Assembly: GCA_031392695.1 (NCBI GenBank)
Contig: JANMVM010000106.1
Location: forward strand, 697 to 64,696
Direction of reading: 5' to 3'
DNA: 64,000 bases
From: Rubrivivax sp.
GTDB lineage: Bacteria > Pseudomonadota > Gammaproteobacteria > Burkholderiales > Burkholderiaceae_C
Below the pieces are notes generated by a model, which saw only the letters and a list, made by a program, of their open reading frames with translations, made no database searches and was not told the origin of the DNA. The position numbers and the translations under genes were made by a program. Below, piece after piece: positions 8,661-19,351 of the stretch (its first letter is position 1; every line of letters begins with the position of its first letter).

Positions 8661-9926
8661 ATGGAAAGTGTTCCCCCGACAGGTCAGGCCAGCGGTCACA
8701 TCCGGCTCACCTCGCACCCCGGCCAGGGCCCGGCCGGCGCGCCGGCGATCCGCTGGGGCGCGGCCACGGCACTTGAGCGCGGCCCCGTGGTGGGCACCAC
8801 CGCCAACCGCAGCCAGCGCAACGTCATCGGCACCCACAGCGGCAGCTACGGCGTTTACCGCGCGCTGGCGGTGGCCGCCGGCAGCCTGACGCGCGGTCAC
8901 CGCGCCGACCTCACCGACACCGCGCCGACCGACCTCGTGGGCCCGTACCCGCAGTGGAGCGACGCCACCAAGATGGTCTCCATCGACCCCTGGGGCGCCA
9001 GCGTGCAGAGCGTGTTTGCCCAGGCCCTGGCGCTGGGCTACGACATCCGCCCCACGATCGCCGTCACCAAGGCGCACATCCACCTGCCCGAGATCAAGCA
9101 GGCGCTGGCCTTCCAGCGCCTGGCCATCGACGGCCAGGTGCTGCTCGACGATGCCAGCGCCACCGTCACCAAGGTGGCGCTGGAGCCGGTGTGGTGGCTG
9201 CCCGGCGTGGCCGCGCGCTTCAAGGTCAGCGAGGCCGACCTGCGCCGCGCCTTGTTCGAGGAAACCGGCGGCATGTACCCCGAGCTCGTGACGCGCAGCG
9301 ACCTCGAGGTCTTCCTGCCGCCCATCGGCGGCCAGACGTTGTACGTGTTCGGCAACATCCGCGACCTCGCCGATCCGGCCGTCACGCTCACCGCGCGCGT
9401 GCACGATGAATGCAACGGCTCGGATGTCTTCGGCTCCGACATCTGCACCTGCCGGCCCTACCTCACGCATGCCATCGAGGAATGCATCCGCGGCGCGCAG
9501 GCCGGCGGCGTCGGGCTCATCGCCTACAGCCGCAAGGAAGGCCGCGCCCTGGGCGAGGTCACCAAGTTCCTGGTCTACAACGCGCGCAAGCGCCAACTCG
9601 GCGGCGACAGCGCCGACAAGTACTTCCTGCGTACCGAGTGCGTGGCCGGGGTGCAGGACATGCGCTTCCAGGAGCTCATGCCCGACGTGCTGCATTGGCT
9701 GGGCATCCGCAAGATCCACCGCCTGGTGAGCATGAGCAACGACAAGTACGACGCCATCACGGGCAGCGGCATCGAGGTCGGCGAGCGCGTGCCGATCCCG
9801 GACGCGCTGATCCCGGCCGACGCCAAGGTGGAGATGGAAGCCAAGATCGCCGCCGGCTACTTCACCGACGGCAGCGTGCCCACCAGCGCCGATCTCGCTC
9901 GTGTGCTGGGGCGTGGCCTTGAGTGA
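8661..9926 (+). CDS. GTP cyclohydrolase II-like protein, URC1/UrcA (UTP cyclohydrolase) type
   Basis: Long N-terminal extension (IRWGA...RGPVVGT...RNVIGTHSGSY) plus Zn motif RVHDECNGSDVFGSDICTCR (C-X10-C-X-C) and EGRALGEVTK. Adjacent to URC4 and upp. Confidence 0.88.
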   Translation: MESVPPTGQASGHIRLTSHPGQGPAGAPAIRWGAATALERGPVVGTTANRSQRNVIGTHSGSYGVYRALAVAAGSLTRGHRADLTDTAPTDLVGPYPQWSDATKMVSIDPWGASVQSVFAQALALGYDIRPTIAVTKAHIHLPEIKQALAFQRLAIDGQVLLDDASATVTKVALEPVWWLPGVAARFKVSEADLRRALFEETGGMYPELVTRSDLEVFLPPIGGQTLYVFGNIRDLADPAVTLTARVHDECNGSDVFGSDICTCRPYLTHAIEECIRGAQAGGVGLIAYSRKEGRALGEVTKFLVYNARKRQLGGDSADKYFLRTECVAGVQDMRFQELMPDVLHWLGIRKIHRLVSMSNDKYDAITGSGIEVGERVPIPDALIPADAKVEMEAKIAAGYFTDGSVPTSADLARVLGRGLE

Positions 9927-11328
9927 GCCCTTGAAGTCCCCGGCCTCGGCCCACCCGCTGGCCCCGCTGCACGACCCGGCCACCATCCGTGCCCGCTGCG
10001 CCGGGCTCCTGCGCGCCGTGGAGCAGGACCTGAGCCCGAGCTTCAAGCTCGACCGCAGCCGCCTGCCGGCGCTGGCCGACCGCGTCGCCGCGCTCACGCT
10101 GCGACGCTTCCCGACGCTGGAGATCCCGTATCACAGCCGCTGGCGCCACTTCGAAGCCGGTGGCGTGGACCGCAAGGCCGAACTCGACCAGCGCCTGGCC
10201 GGCCGCAGCGCGGCCGAGGTGGCGCGCGTGCACTTCGACCTCACGGTGGTGAGCGTGCTGCTCGACGCCGGCGCTGGTGCCCACTGGCAGTACAGCGAGA
10301 GCACGCCGCTGAGCGCAGCGGCGCTGCCGCAGGCCGCGCCCGACGAGCTGCTGGCGCTGCTGGCGAAGGCCGCCTCGGCGCCAGCCCAGCCGGCGCTGGC
10401 AGCGGCAACGCCGTTGCCCGAAGGTGCGCTGCCCGCCCAACGCTACCAGCGCAGCGAAGGCCTCGGGGTGGCCAGCTTCCGCGCCTTTATGGCCGGCGCT
10501 TTCTCGGCCACGCCAGGCGACCCGCAACGCGCCGACGCCGCGGCGCTGCGCCACGTCGACGCCGCCGCGCTGCGCGCCATCTTCCAGAGCAGCCCGAGCA
10601 ATCCGATGGTGGGCCTCGAAGGCCGCGCCAGCCTGCTTGCCCGGCTCGGCGCCGCGCTGCAGCAGGAGGCGGCGCTCGACACCGCCCGCGGCCTGCCGGC
10701 CCAGGCGCGGCCGGGGCTGCTGTTCGACCGCGTCACCGGCTACGGCAAGCGCACCGAAGTGCAGGCCGCCGAGGTGCTGGGGGAGGTGCTGCGTTCGCTG
10801 TCGCCGATCTGGCCCAGCGGCAGCAAGGTGCAGGGCCTGGCGGCCGGCGACGTGTGGCCGCACCTGTGGGCCGGCGCCGCGATCGGTGGCGGCCGGCTCG
10901 ACCACACCACCGACGGCTGGGTGCCCTTTCACAAGCTCAGCCAGTGGATGACGTATTCGCTGCTCGAGCCGCTGCAGTGGGCCGGCATCCGGGTCAGCGG
11001 CCTGGATGCGCTGACCGGCCTGCCCGAGTACCGCAACGGCGGCCTGCTGATCGACGGCGGCGTCATCGTGCCGCGACACGCGGGCCTGCTGGCGCGCACC
11101 TGGAAGCCGCGCGACGAGCTCGTCATCGAGTGGCGCGCCCTGACCGTGCTGCTGCTCGACGAACTGGCGGTGCTGGTGCGCTCGCGCCTGGGCAAGACCG
11201 CTGAGGAACTGCCGCTGGCCTGCATCCTGGAGGGCGGCACCTGGGCCGCCGGGCGCGAGATCGCGCAGGAGCTGCGCGCCGACGGCTCGCCGCCGCTGCT
11301 CATTGAAAGCGACGGCACGATCTTCTGA
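9919..11328 (+). CDS. URC4/Urg3 (DUF1688) family protein
   Basis: [61 protein letters not shown] motifs. Start codon uncertain (TTG 9919 or GTG 9901). Confidence 0.85.
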   Translation: MSEPLKSPASAHPLAPLHDPATIRARCAGLLRAVEQDLSPSFKLDRSRLPALADRVAALTLRRFPTLEIPYHSRWRHFEAGGVDRKAELDQRLAGRSAAEVARVHFDLTVVSVLLDAGAGAHWQYSESTPLSAAALPQAAPDELLALLAKAASAPAQPALAAATPLPEGALPAQRYQRSEGLGVASFRAFMAGAFSATPGDPQRADAAALRHVDAAALRAIFQSSPSNPMVGLEGRASLLARLGAALQQEAALDTARGLPAQARPGLLFDRVTGYGKRTEVQAAEVLGEVLRSLSPIWPSGSKVQGLAAGDVWPHLWAGAAIGGGRLDHTTDGWVPFHKLSQWMTYSLLEPLQWAGIRVSGLDALTGLPEYRNGGLLIDGGVIVPRHAGLLARTWKPRDELVIEWRALTVLLLDELAVLVRSRLGKTAEELPLACILEGGTWAAGREIAQELRADGSPPLLIESDGTIF

Positions 11329-11449
11329 GGCGGCGGCGGCGTCGACCGGCCGGGGGCGACGTGGCGATGTGGCACCATCGCCGCGGAAGACACGGCGGCC
11401 GCCGATGACCGACGAGGTCAGCCCGGCCGCCGCTCCAGGAGCCCGCCCC

Positions 11450-12085
11450 ATGACCCAGCCCATCGTCCACGTCGTCAGCCATCCGCTGGTCCAGCACAAG
11501 CTCACGCTGATGCGCCAGAAAGATCTGAGCACGAGCAGCTTCCGCCGCCTGCTCTACGAGTTGAGCATGCTCATGGCCTACGAGGTCACGCGCGACATGC
11601 CGACCCAGCTGGTCGAGATCGAGACGCCGCTGGAGAAGATGATGTCGCCGGTGATCGAGGGCCGCAAGACGGTGTTCGTGGTCATCATGCGCGCCGGCAG
11701 CGGCTTCCTCGACGGCATGCTCGAGGTCGTGCCCGGCGCCCGCGTCGGCCACGTCGGCCTCTACCGCGACCCCAAGACCCTGGTGGCGGTGGAGTACTAC
11801 TTCAAGATGCCGCACGACATGCATGAGCGCGACGCCATCGTGCTCGACCCGATGCTGGCCACCGGCAACTCCGCCGTGGCGGCGGTGGAGCGGCTGAAGG
11901 AAACCCACCCGCGGTCGATCCGCTTCGTCAGCCTGCTGGCGGCGCCCGAGGGCCTGAAGAAGTTCCACCAGGCCCACCCCGACGTGGCGGTCTACACCGC
12001 GGCCATCGACCGCGAGCTCAACGACCACGGCTACATCGTGCCCGGGCTGGGTGACGCGGGCGACCGCCTCTTCGGCACCAAGTGA
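11450..12085 (+). CDS. upp: Uracil phosphoribosyltransferase
   Basis: [13 protein letters not shown] motif [37 protein letters not shown] before ATG 11450. Confidence 0.95.
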   Translation: MTQPIVHVVSHPLVQHKLTLMRQKDLSTSSFRRLLYELSMLMAYEVTRDMPTQLVEIETPLEKMMSPVIEGRKTVFVVIMRAGSGFLDGMLEVVPGARVGHVGLYRDPKTLVAVEYYFKMPHDMHERDAIVLDPMLATGNSAVAAVERLKETHPRSIRFVSLLAAPEGLKKFHQAHPDVAVYTAAIDRELNDHGYIVPGLGDAGDRLFGTK

Positions 12086-12100
12086 GCGCGACGCTCAGGG

Positions 12101-12140
12101 GCGCTCATCTGCGCTGACGTGCGCTGACGTGCGCTCACCT
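12101..12140. repeat. 10-bp tandem repeat x4
   Basis: GCGCTCATCT GCGCTGACGT GCGCTGACGT GCGCTCACCT between the convergent upp and ybeY stop codons. Confidence 0.8.
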
Positions 12141-12599
12141 GCGATAAGGATCGGCGATCTTCATCGCCAACAGGATCTCGCTCTCGCGCGCTTCCATGAC
12201 CGCCGCCTCGGCCTCGGTCTGGTGATCGAAGCCCTGCGCGTGCAGCGTGCCGTGCACCAGCAGGTGGGCATAGTGATCGGCCAGCGGCAGACGCTGCTGG
12301 CGCGCCTCCCGTGCCACCACCGGCGCGCACAGGATCAGGTCCGCCAGCACCAGCGGCGCATGCTGGTAGTCGAAGGTCAGCACATTCGTGGCGTTATCCT
12401 GCTGCCGGTAGTCACGGTTGAGCCGGCGGCCTTCCGCGGCACCGACGATGCGCACCGTGATCTGCGCCGGGTGCGCCAGCGCCGCGCGCACGCAGCGCAG
12501 CACGCGGTGGCGCGGCAGGTGCTCGCGGTGGCTGGCGTCGGCAAACTGCAGCGACAGTTGCAGCTCGGGCTTCATCGCGGGCCTCATCGCTGGCCTCAT
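12135..12599 (-). CDS. ybeY: rRNA maturation endoribonuclease
   Basis: [24 protein letters not shown] (H-x3-H-x5-H). ATGA overlap with phoH. Confidence 0.95.
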   Translation of the reverse strand: MRPAMRPAMKPELQLSLQFADASHREHLPRHRVLRCVRAALAHPAQITVRIVGAAEGRRLNRDYRQQDNATNVLTFDYQHAPLVLADLILCAPVVAREARQQRLPLADHYAHLLVHGTLHAQGFDHQTEAEAAVMEARESEILLAMKIADPYRR

Positions 12600-13651
12600 C
12601 GCAGGCGGGATGCCCTGGCGTCGCCCCCCGCCGTGCCGTCCGCGCCGTCAGCCGCGGCTTCGCCCAGGCGCGCGTGGTCGTAGGCATTGACGATGCGCGC
12701 CACCAGCGGGTGGCGCACCACGTCGGCGGCGGTGAAGTGCGTGAAGGCGATGCCGCTGACGCCCTGCAGCACGTGCTGCGCGTCGACGAGCCCGCTGGCC
12801 ATGCCCTTGGGCAGGTCGATCTGGCTCACGTCCCCGGTGACCACGCATTTGCTGCCGAAGCCGATGCGCGTGAGGAACATCTTCATCTGCTCGCGCGTGG
12901 TGTTCTGCGCCTCGTCGAGGATCACGAAGGCGTGGTTGAGCGTGCGCCCGCGCATGAAGGCCAGGGGCGCGATCTCGATCAGGCCCTTGTCGAAGGCCTT
13001 GGTGACGCGGTCGAAGCCCATCAGGTCGTACAGCGCGTCGTACAGCGGACGCAGATAGGGGTCGACCTTTTGCGCCAGGTCACCAGGCAGGAAGCCCAGT
13101 CGCTCGCCGGCCTCGACCGCCGGCCGCGTGAGCACGATGCGCTGCACGCCGTGACGCTCCAGCGCGTCGACGGCACAGGCCACGGCGAGAAAGGTCTTGC
13201 CGGTGCCGGCCGGCCCGATGCCCAGCGTGATGTCGTGCTGCAGCATCTGCTGCAGGTACAGCACCTGGTTGGGCGTGCGGCCGCCGAGATCGGCATGGCG
13301 GGTGTGCAGCACGATGGGCTCGCTGGTACCGCCCGTGGTACCGCCCGTGGTGGCGCCCGTGGTGGCGCTGGTGCCAGGTGCAGCGCCGCCGGCCGGCGCC
13401 GTGGCGTGGGCCAGCATCAGTTGCAGCGCGCGCTCGCCGATCGGGCTGGCCGCCTTGGCGTAGAGCCCGTCGAGCACGGCTGCTGCGCGGTCGACCGCGT
13501 CACCCGGGCCCTGGATGCGAAACGTGGCGTCGCGGCGCAGCAGGATCACGCCCAGCGTGGACTCGACGGCGCGCAGGTGCGCGTCGAGCGGGCCGCAAAC
13601 GTGGGCCAGGCGGCGGTTGTCGGGCTCGGCGAAGGTGTGGCGTCGGATCAA
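12596..13651 (-). CDS. phoH: PhoH-family ATPase (YbeZ-like)
   Basis: GPAGTGKT Walker [27 protein letters not shown]. Probable TTG start (MIRRHTF). Confidence 0.93.
   Translation of the reverse strand: MIRRHTFAEPDNRRLAHVCGPLDAHLRAVESTLGVILLRRDATFRIQGPGDAVDRAAAVLDGLYAKAASPIGERALQLMLAHATAPAGGAAPGTSATTGATTGGTTGGTSEPIVLHTRHADLGGRTPNQVLYLQQMLQHDITLGIGPAGTGKTFLAVACAVDALERHGVQRIVLTRPAVEAGERLGFLPGDLAQKVDPYLRPLYDALYDLMGFDRVTKAFDKGLIEIAPLAFMRGRTLNHAFVILDEAQNTTREQMKMFLTRIGFGSKCVVTGDVSQIDLPKGMASGLVDAQHVLQGVSGIAFTHFTAADVVRHPLVARIVNAYDHARLGEAAADGADGTAGGDARASRLR
13325..13372. repeat. 12-bp in-frame tandem repeat x4 inside phoH linker
   Basis: GGTACCGCCCGT x2 followed by GGTGGCGCCCGT-like copies, encoding a [16 protein letters not shown] linker. 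Confidence 0.8.
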
Positions 13652-13740
13652 GGCGATGGCAATTAACGCACGGGCTGGCATTGTGGCAGCGCCGGCACGG
13701 CCGGCTGCCGTGGCGAGCGCCATGCAGAATCCGCCGCACG

Positions 13741-15588
13741 ATGCTGCGCGCGCTTCTCACGGTCTGCTGGCTGGCCCTGGGCCTGCTGCATGGCAGCACG
13801 TCGGCGCAGTCGGTGCAGTCGGTGCAGATCGTCAGCGCGCTCACCGCGCCTGGTGAGGGTTCGTCGTTTCCGCAGGGGGTGCCCACCCGCACCGTGACCC
13901 TGCCCGACCGCTGGAGCGATTCGCGGCCGGACTTCTCGGGCACGCTGTGGTACCGCGTCGCCTTCCAGGCGCCGACGCTGGCGGTGGCCGGCGAGCTGAT
14001 CGCGCTGCACATCGAGCACGTGTGCAGCAACCTCGAGGTCTATGTCAACGGCCACCTCGTGCACAGCGGCGGCCGCATGGCCGCGCCGCTGACCAACAAC
14101 TGCAACCAGCCTCAACTCGTGGCCTTGCCGCAGGCCGTGCTCAGGCCTGAAGGCAATGTGCTCGACATCAAGGTCGCCGGCCAGGGCCAGGCCGGCACGG
14201 GATCGCGCCTGCGCGCCGGCGGCCTGTCGGCGCTGACGCTGGCGCCGCAGTCCGAACTGGTGGCGCGCCACAACCGGCAGGTGGCGCTGCAGGTCAATGC
14301 ACCGCAGGCGGTGAGCGCGACGCTGCTGCTCACCGGCGGCTTCATGTTCGTGCTGGGTTTCATCAACCGGCGCGAAAGTCACCTCGCCTACTTTGGCGCG
14401 TTGTGCGTGGGCTGGGCGCTCGAGAACTCGCGGCTGTGGATGCGCAACGGGCCGCTCGGCCACACCGCGGTGGAGTTCCTGGTTTGCGCCATGCTGGGCT
14501 TCATCACCTGGGCTGCGGTGCAGTTCCTGTTGCGCTATGCCGGTGTGCGCTACCGCTGGGTCGATCGCGCGCTGCCGCTGCAGTGCGCGCTGCTGGCCCT
14601 GTCGCTGTTGGTCGCCGGATCGACCCGCGTGCACCTGGTGGCCACGCTGTGGTACCTGGTGCTGGCGGCAGAGGTCGCGGCGGCTTCGGTGTGGCACCTG
14701 CGGCGGCGCTGGCACACGCGATCGGTGTGGTTGATGGCCGCCATCCTGGGCACCGTGGCGCTGGCCGGCCTGATCGAATTCGCCGTCCAGTGGGCCCATG
14801 CGCCGCCCATGGCGGCCCACCTGGCCGAACTCGTAGTGCCGGTGATCTTCGTGCTCGTGGGGCTGCGGCTGGTGCAGCAGCACGGCCACGCGCTGCACCA
14901 GGCCGAACAGGGCAAGTTGCTGCTCGAGCAGCGGGTGCGCGAGGCCACGGCCGAGATCGAACGCAACTTCCGCCAGATGTCGGAGCTGCGCGTCGAGCAG
15001 GTCACCGAGCGTGAACGCAAGCGCATCGCCGCCGATCTGCACGACGACCTCGGCGCCAAGCTGCTGACCATCGTGCACACGAGCGAGTCCGAGCGCATCT
15101 CGACGCTGGCGCGCGAGGCGCTCGAAGAGATGCGGCTGTCGGTGCGTGGCCTCACGGGCCGGCCGGTGCGCCTGGCCGATGCGCTGGGCGACTGGCGCGC
15201 CGAGGTCATCGCGCGCTTGGCGCAGGCCGGCATCGAGGGCGGCTGGGACGCGCCCGAAGACCTGCCGCAGACGCTGAGCGCGCGTGCCTACGTGCAGACC
15301 ACGCGCATCCTGCGCGAGGCCACCAGCAACGTCATCAAGCACAGCGGCGCCAGCAGCTGCAGCGTGACCGCGGGCATTGCCGACGGCGACTTCCAGCTCA
15401 TCGTGCAGGACAACGGCGACGGCATCTCGAGCGAGATCGACGGCCGCCTGGACCGCGGCCACGGCCTGGCCAGCATGAAGAACCGTGCCAAGCAGTTACA
15501 AGGCCAGTGCCTGGTCGAGAGCGGGCCCGGGTATGGAACCGTGATACGTCTCACAGTTCCGCTGGATCGCGCCACCGCCCACTCATGA
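13741..15588 (+). CDS. Membrane sensor histidine kinase (periplasmic beta-sandwich + multi-TM + HisKA_3/HATPase)
   Basis: Signal peptide, [17 protein letters not shown] jelly-roll-like segment, ~7 hydrophobic helices, [15 protein letters not shown]-box, VQDNGDG and GHGL ATPase motifs. Confidence 0.9.
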   Translation: MLRALLTVCWLALGLLHGSTSAQSVQSVQIVSALTAPGEGSSFPQGVPTRTVTLPDRWSDSRPDFSGTLWYRVAFQAPTLAVAGELIALHIEHVCSNLEVYVNGHLVHSGGRMAAPLTNNCNQPQLVALPQAVLRPEGNVLDIKVAGQGQAGTGSRLRAGGLSALTLAPQSELVARHNRQVALQVNAPQAVSATLLLTGGFMFVLGFINRRESHLAYFGALCVGWALENSRLWMRNGPLGHTAVEFLVCAMLGFITWAAVQFLLRYAGVRYRWVDRALPLQCALLALSLLVAGSTRVHLVATLWYLVLAAEVAAASVWHLRRRWHTRSVWLMAAILGTVALAGLIEFAVQWAHAPPMAAHLAELVVPVIFVLVGLRLVQQHGHALHQAEQGKLLLEQRVREATAEIERNFRQMSELRVEQVTERERKRIAADLHDDLGAKLLTIVHTSESERISTLAREALEEMRLSVRGLTGRPVRLADALGDWRAEVIARLAQAGIEGGWDAPEDLPQTLSARAYVQTTRILREATSNVIKHSGASSCSVTAGIADGDFQLIVQDNGDGISSEIDGRLDRGHGLASMKNRAKQLQGQCLVESGPGYGTVIRLTVPLDRATAHS

Positions 15589-15639
15589 TCCGGGGGCCGG
15601 CGGCCGATAACATCGAAATCGCTTCCCCTGCGCCCGCCC

Positions 15640-16293
15640 ATGAAAACCATCCTGCTTCTTGAAGACCTGCCCGAGATCCGGGTCTGGCTGCGCAAGCTGG
15701 TGCTGCAGGTGTTTCCGGGTGCCACCATCTCCGAGAGCTCGCGCGTGCAGGATGCACTGGCGCTGGTGGCGGGCGTCAAGTTCGACCTCGCGCTGGTGGA
15801 CCTGGGCCTGCCCGACGGCTCGGGCGTCGACGTCGTGACCAAGCTGCGCGACATGCAGCCCGACGCCCAGAGCGTGGTGGTGACCATCCACGACGACGAC
15901 GAGCATCTCTTCCCGGCCTTGCAGGCCGGCGCCTTCGGCTACATCCTGAAGGAGCAGGCACGCGAACTCATCACCGAGCAGCTGCAGCGCATCAGCCAGG
16001 GCGAGCCGCCGCTGTCACCGAGCATCGCGCGCCGCGTCATGGCCTACTTCAGCGCCAAGGCCAAGCCGCAGGCGCAGTCCGCCAACGCGATGCCGGTGGT
16101 CAACCTGACCGACCGCGAAAGCGAAGTGCTGCTGCGCGTGGCCAAGGGCTACACGCTGCCCGAGATCGGTGTCCAGCTCGGCCTGAGCCGCCACACCATC
16201 GCCGACTACGTCAAGCAGATCTACCGCAAGCTCAACGTGAGCTCACGGGCGGAGGCGGCGCTGGAAGCGCAACGCCTGGGCCTGTTTCGCTAG
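15640..16293 (+). CDS. NarL/LuxR-family response regulator
   Basis: LLLEDL, VDLGLPDGSG receiver, GYILK, LTDRESEVL...YVKQIYRKLNV HTH. Confidence 0.95.
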   Translation: MKTILLLEDLPEIRVWLRKLVLQVFPGATISESSRVQDALALVAGVKFDLALVDLGLPDGSGVDVVTKLRDMQPDAQSVVVTIHDDDEHLFPALQAGAFGYILKEQARELITEQLQRISQGEPPLSPSIARRVMAYFSAKAKPQAQSANAMPVVNLTDRESEVLLRVAKGYTLPEIGVQLGLSRHTIADYVKQIYRKLNVSSRAEAALEAQRLGLFR

Positions 16294-17065
16294 CCGCGGC
16301 CGCAGCGCCGCCGGCGCCGGCCGGATCGGCGAGCCGGACTTCGCTGAGCGTCATCAGCATGTCGGCATACCAGGCGCAGTTCAGTCCCAGCGATTCGTCC
16401 TGCACGCGGTCACGGCCGCTCATGTCGAGGCTGGCCGAATGCACGCCCAGCAACTTCCAGGGCAGCGCGGCCCCGTCGGCTGCCGCGGCGGCGTCGCGCA
16501 GCACCACCGGCGCACCGCTGGTGCCGCGGTGCGTGCGCGCATCGGTGAGAAAGTAGCCCTGGCCCTGGAAGCGCATGCCGAAGGCCGATGCAACCACCGC
16601 CTGGCGCACCACCGGCAGATGATGCAGCGTGTCGTGGAAGCCGAGCGGGAAGCCCACGATCAGCACCGAAGTGCCGACCTCCACCGTGCCCGCGGCCGGC
16701 TGGATGTGCGCCGGGCTGAAGGCGCGGATGACGGCATTCGCCGGCAACGCGGCGCGGTCGAGTTCGAGCATCGCGACGTCGATTTCGCCAGCGGCGTCGA
16801 GGCCCTGGTGCCACTGGCTCTGGCCGTCTTCGTACAGCAGCACCGACAGGCTGACCGACCGGCCGAGGTCGCCCTCGTGGGTGTGGATCTCGATCTCGAT
16901 GCGGTTGGGGTGATGCTCCGTGGGCGCGTCGATGAGCACGTGTCGGCTCGTCACCAGGTACAGCCGATCGTCGCGCTCGAAGAAGAAGCCACTGGCATGG
17001 GTCAACGGCCGATCGTGTTCGTAGGTGCTGATGCGGGCGGCAGTGAGCAACAGGGAATCGATCAT
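16232..17065 (-). CDS. Trypsin-like serine protease domain protein (no signal peptide)
   Basis: ASGFF, LVTSRHV (His), IDVAML (Asp), GTSGAPV (Ser). 3' end overlaps the response regulator by 62 bp. Confidence 0.8.
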   Translation of the reverse strand: MIDSLLLTAARISTYEHDRPLTHASGFFFERDDRLYLVTSRHVLIDAPTEHHPNRIEIEIHTHEGDLGRSVSLSVLLYEDGQSQWHQGLDAAGEIDVAMLELDRAALPANAVIRAFSPAHIQPAAGTVEVGTSVLIVGFPLGFHDTLHHLPVVRQAVVASAFGMRFQGQGYFLTDARTHRGTSGAPVVLRDAAAAADGAALPWKLLGVHSASLDMSGRDRVQDESLGLNCAWYADMLMTLSEVRLADPAGAGGAAAAASETGPGVALPAPPPPVSSR

Positions 17066-17219
17066 GGACTGCCTTTGCTGCCAGGCGCCAGGCGCCACCC
17101 AGGCCCGGTTGCCTGGCAACTGGGGTACACCCTGACCATATCACCCCCGACTCTCGTGCAAAAGACGGGTCGCGGGCTGGCTTGGCGGTGGTAAGGTGAC
17201 CTGACTTCGTGAGCCACCC

Positions 17220-17438
17220 ATGACCCAGCCATTGCACCGCACGCCCGCCCCCCGCCAGGAGGTGCTGCGCAATGCGCTGCCTGCCACGGTGATGCTGCTC
17301 AAGGAGCATCGCGCCGGCGACATCGCCGAGCTCGACATTGCCGACTACGTGAGCATGAACTGGCTCGAATGGAACGGCGGCAGCCTGCGCCTGACGGTGA
17401 CCGGCGACAACGTCTGCAAGCAGTTGCGCGCCCGCTGA
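17220..17438 (+). CDS. Small hypothetical protein (72 aa)
   Basis: GC3-rich codons, natural-looking composition (DYVSMNWLEWNGGSLRLTVTG), fits the gap divergent from the protease. Confidence 0.65.
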   Translation: MTQPLHRTPAPRQEVLRNALPATVMLLKEHRAGDIAELDIADYVSMNWLEWNGGSLRLTVTGDNVCKQLRAR

Positions 17439-17524
17439 GCCGACGCCGGCCGCGATCGGCGGCGCCGGGCGGGCTGGCATTTCCCCGCAGTCGGCTCCGG
17501 CCTGCCGTGTGTCACGATCTCGCG

Positions 17525-17626
17525 ATGCTGCGCATCGATGACCTGAGCAAGTGCTACGGCGAGCGTGTCGCGCTCCGGGAACGCCACTTGCGTCTTGGCC
17601 AGCGCGGGCAGGATTTCGGACTTGGC
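17525..17626 (+). pseudogene. Possible N-terminal remnant of an ABC transporter ATP-binding protein
   Basis: MLRIDDLSKCYGERVAL...RGQDFGLG resembles the pre-Walker A start of ABC ATPases. No Walker A follows. Confidence 0.4.
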
Positions 17627-17798
17627 CGCCGAAGATGCACCGGGCAGCGTCGCGAAACAGGCCGCCCCGTTGCCCTTCACGTCGGGCTTCAGTTGGGCAC
17701 GCGCCCAGGGCCGGACCGATCCAGCGCCAGGCCCGCTTGCGGCTTGTCCTGCTGCTGCTCCTGAGCGAGAGGCAGCCGGCATCCTGTGCCGGGCCCTG

Positions 17799-18785
<987 letters not shown>

Positions 18786-18852
18786 CGTGCGCTCCGGGTC
18801 TGCTGTGGGCAGGCGCAGGTTAGCGCATCGCGGCGGCGGCTGCACACGCGCT

Positions 18853-19127
18853 TCAGCGCTCGCGGAATGCTTCGGTGGTCTTGAGCATCGGCCGCGGCAG
18901 GAAGCCCAGCACCGAGCGCTGCCCGGTGCGGATCTCCACCGATCCCGTCATCCCCGGCAGCACCTGCAGCGGCTTGTCCTGGCGCAGGTTCTGCGCGCCG
19001 GGCAGTGCGCCGCCTTCGGCGCGTACCAGCGCCCGGTGCGCTCAGCGGCCAGCCGCGCCGCGGTCTCGGGCGTCAGGGTGGCAACAGGCAGGGCAGCCGG
19101 CGTGGCGACGGCAATGGCAACATCCAT
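18853..19127 (-). pseudogene. HlyD-family type I secretion membrane fusion protein, internally deleted and frameshifted
   Basis: Frame 19041->18853 reads AHRALVRAEGG...[38 protein letters not shown], the typical HlyD C-terminus. A strong RBS GGAGGAG + ATG at 19127 opens a short out-of-frame N-terminal stub. Confidence 0.75.
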
Positions 19128-19351
19128 CGGGCTCCTCCAGGGGTCAGATTCCTCGCATGCTAGGGAGCGAGGGCCTGGCGCGGGGCCGCAATCAGGGTTC
19201 TTCAGGCCCTGTTCGGGGCCATGCAAGAGGAAGGATGCCTGGCGCGCTTGCTCAGCGCGCGCCAGGGCGGGTGCGGCTCAGCCCTCGCGCGTGAAATCGC
19301 GCTCGGGCCTTCGCCAGCCACGCAAGTCCTTCCGGACTCGCCTGCGCGGGC

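Noticed and set aside
8661-9926. Calling this gene ribA (riboflavin GTP cyclohydrolase II)
   Set aside because: The large N-terminal extension and urc4/upp context indicate the URC1 type; no rib genes are nearby
12101-12140. Short tandem repeats as a possible CRISPR array or iteron set
   Set aside because: Units are 7-12 bp with no spacers, and there are no cas or rep genes
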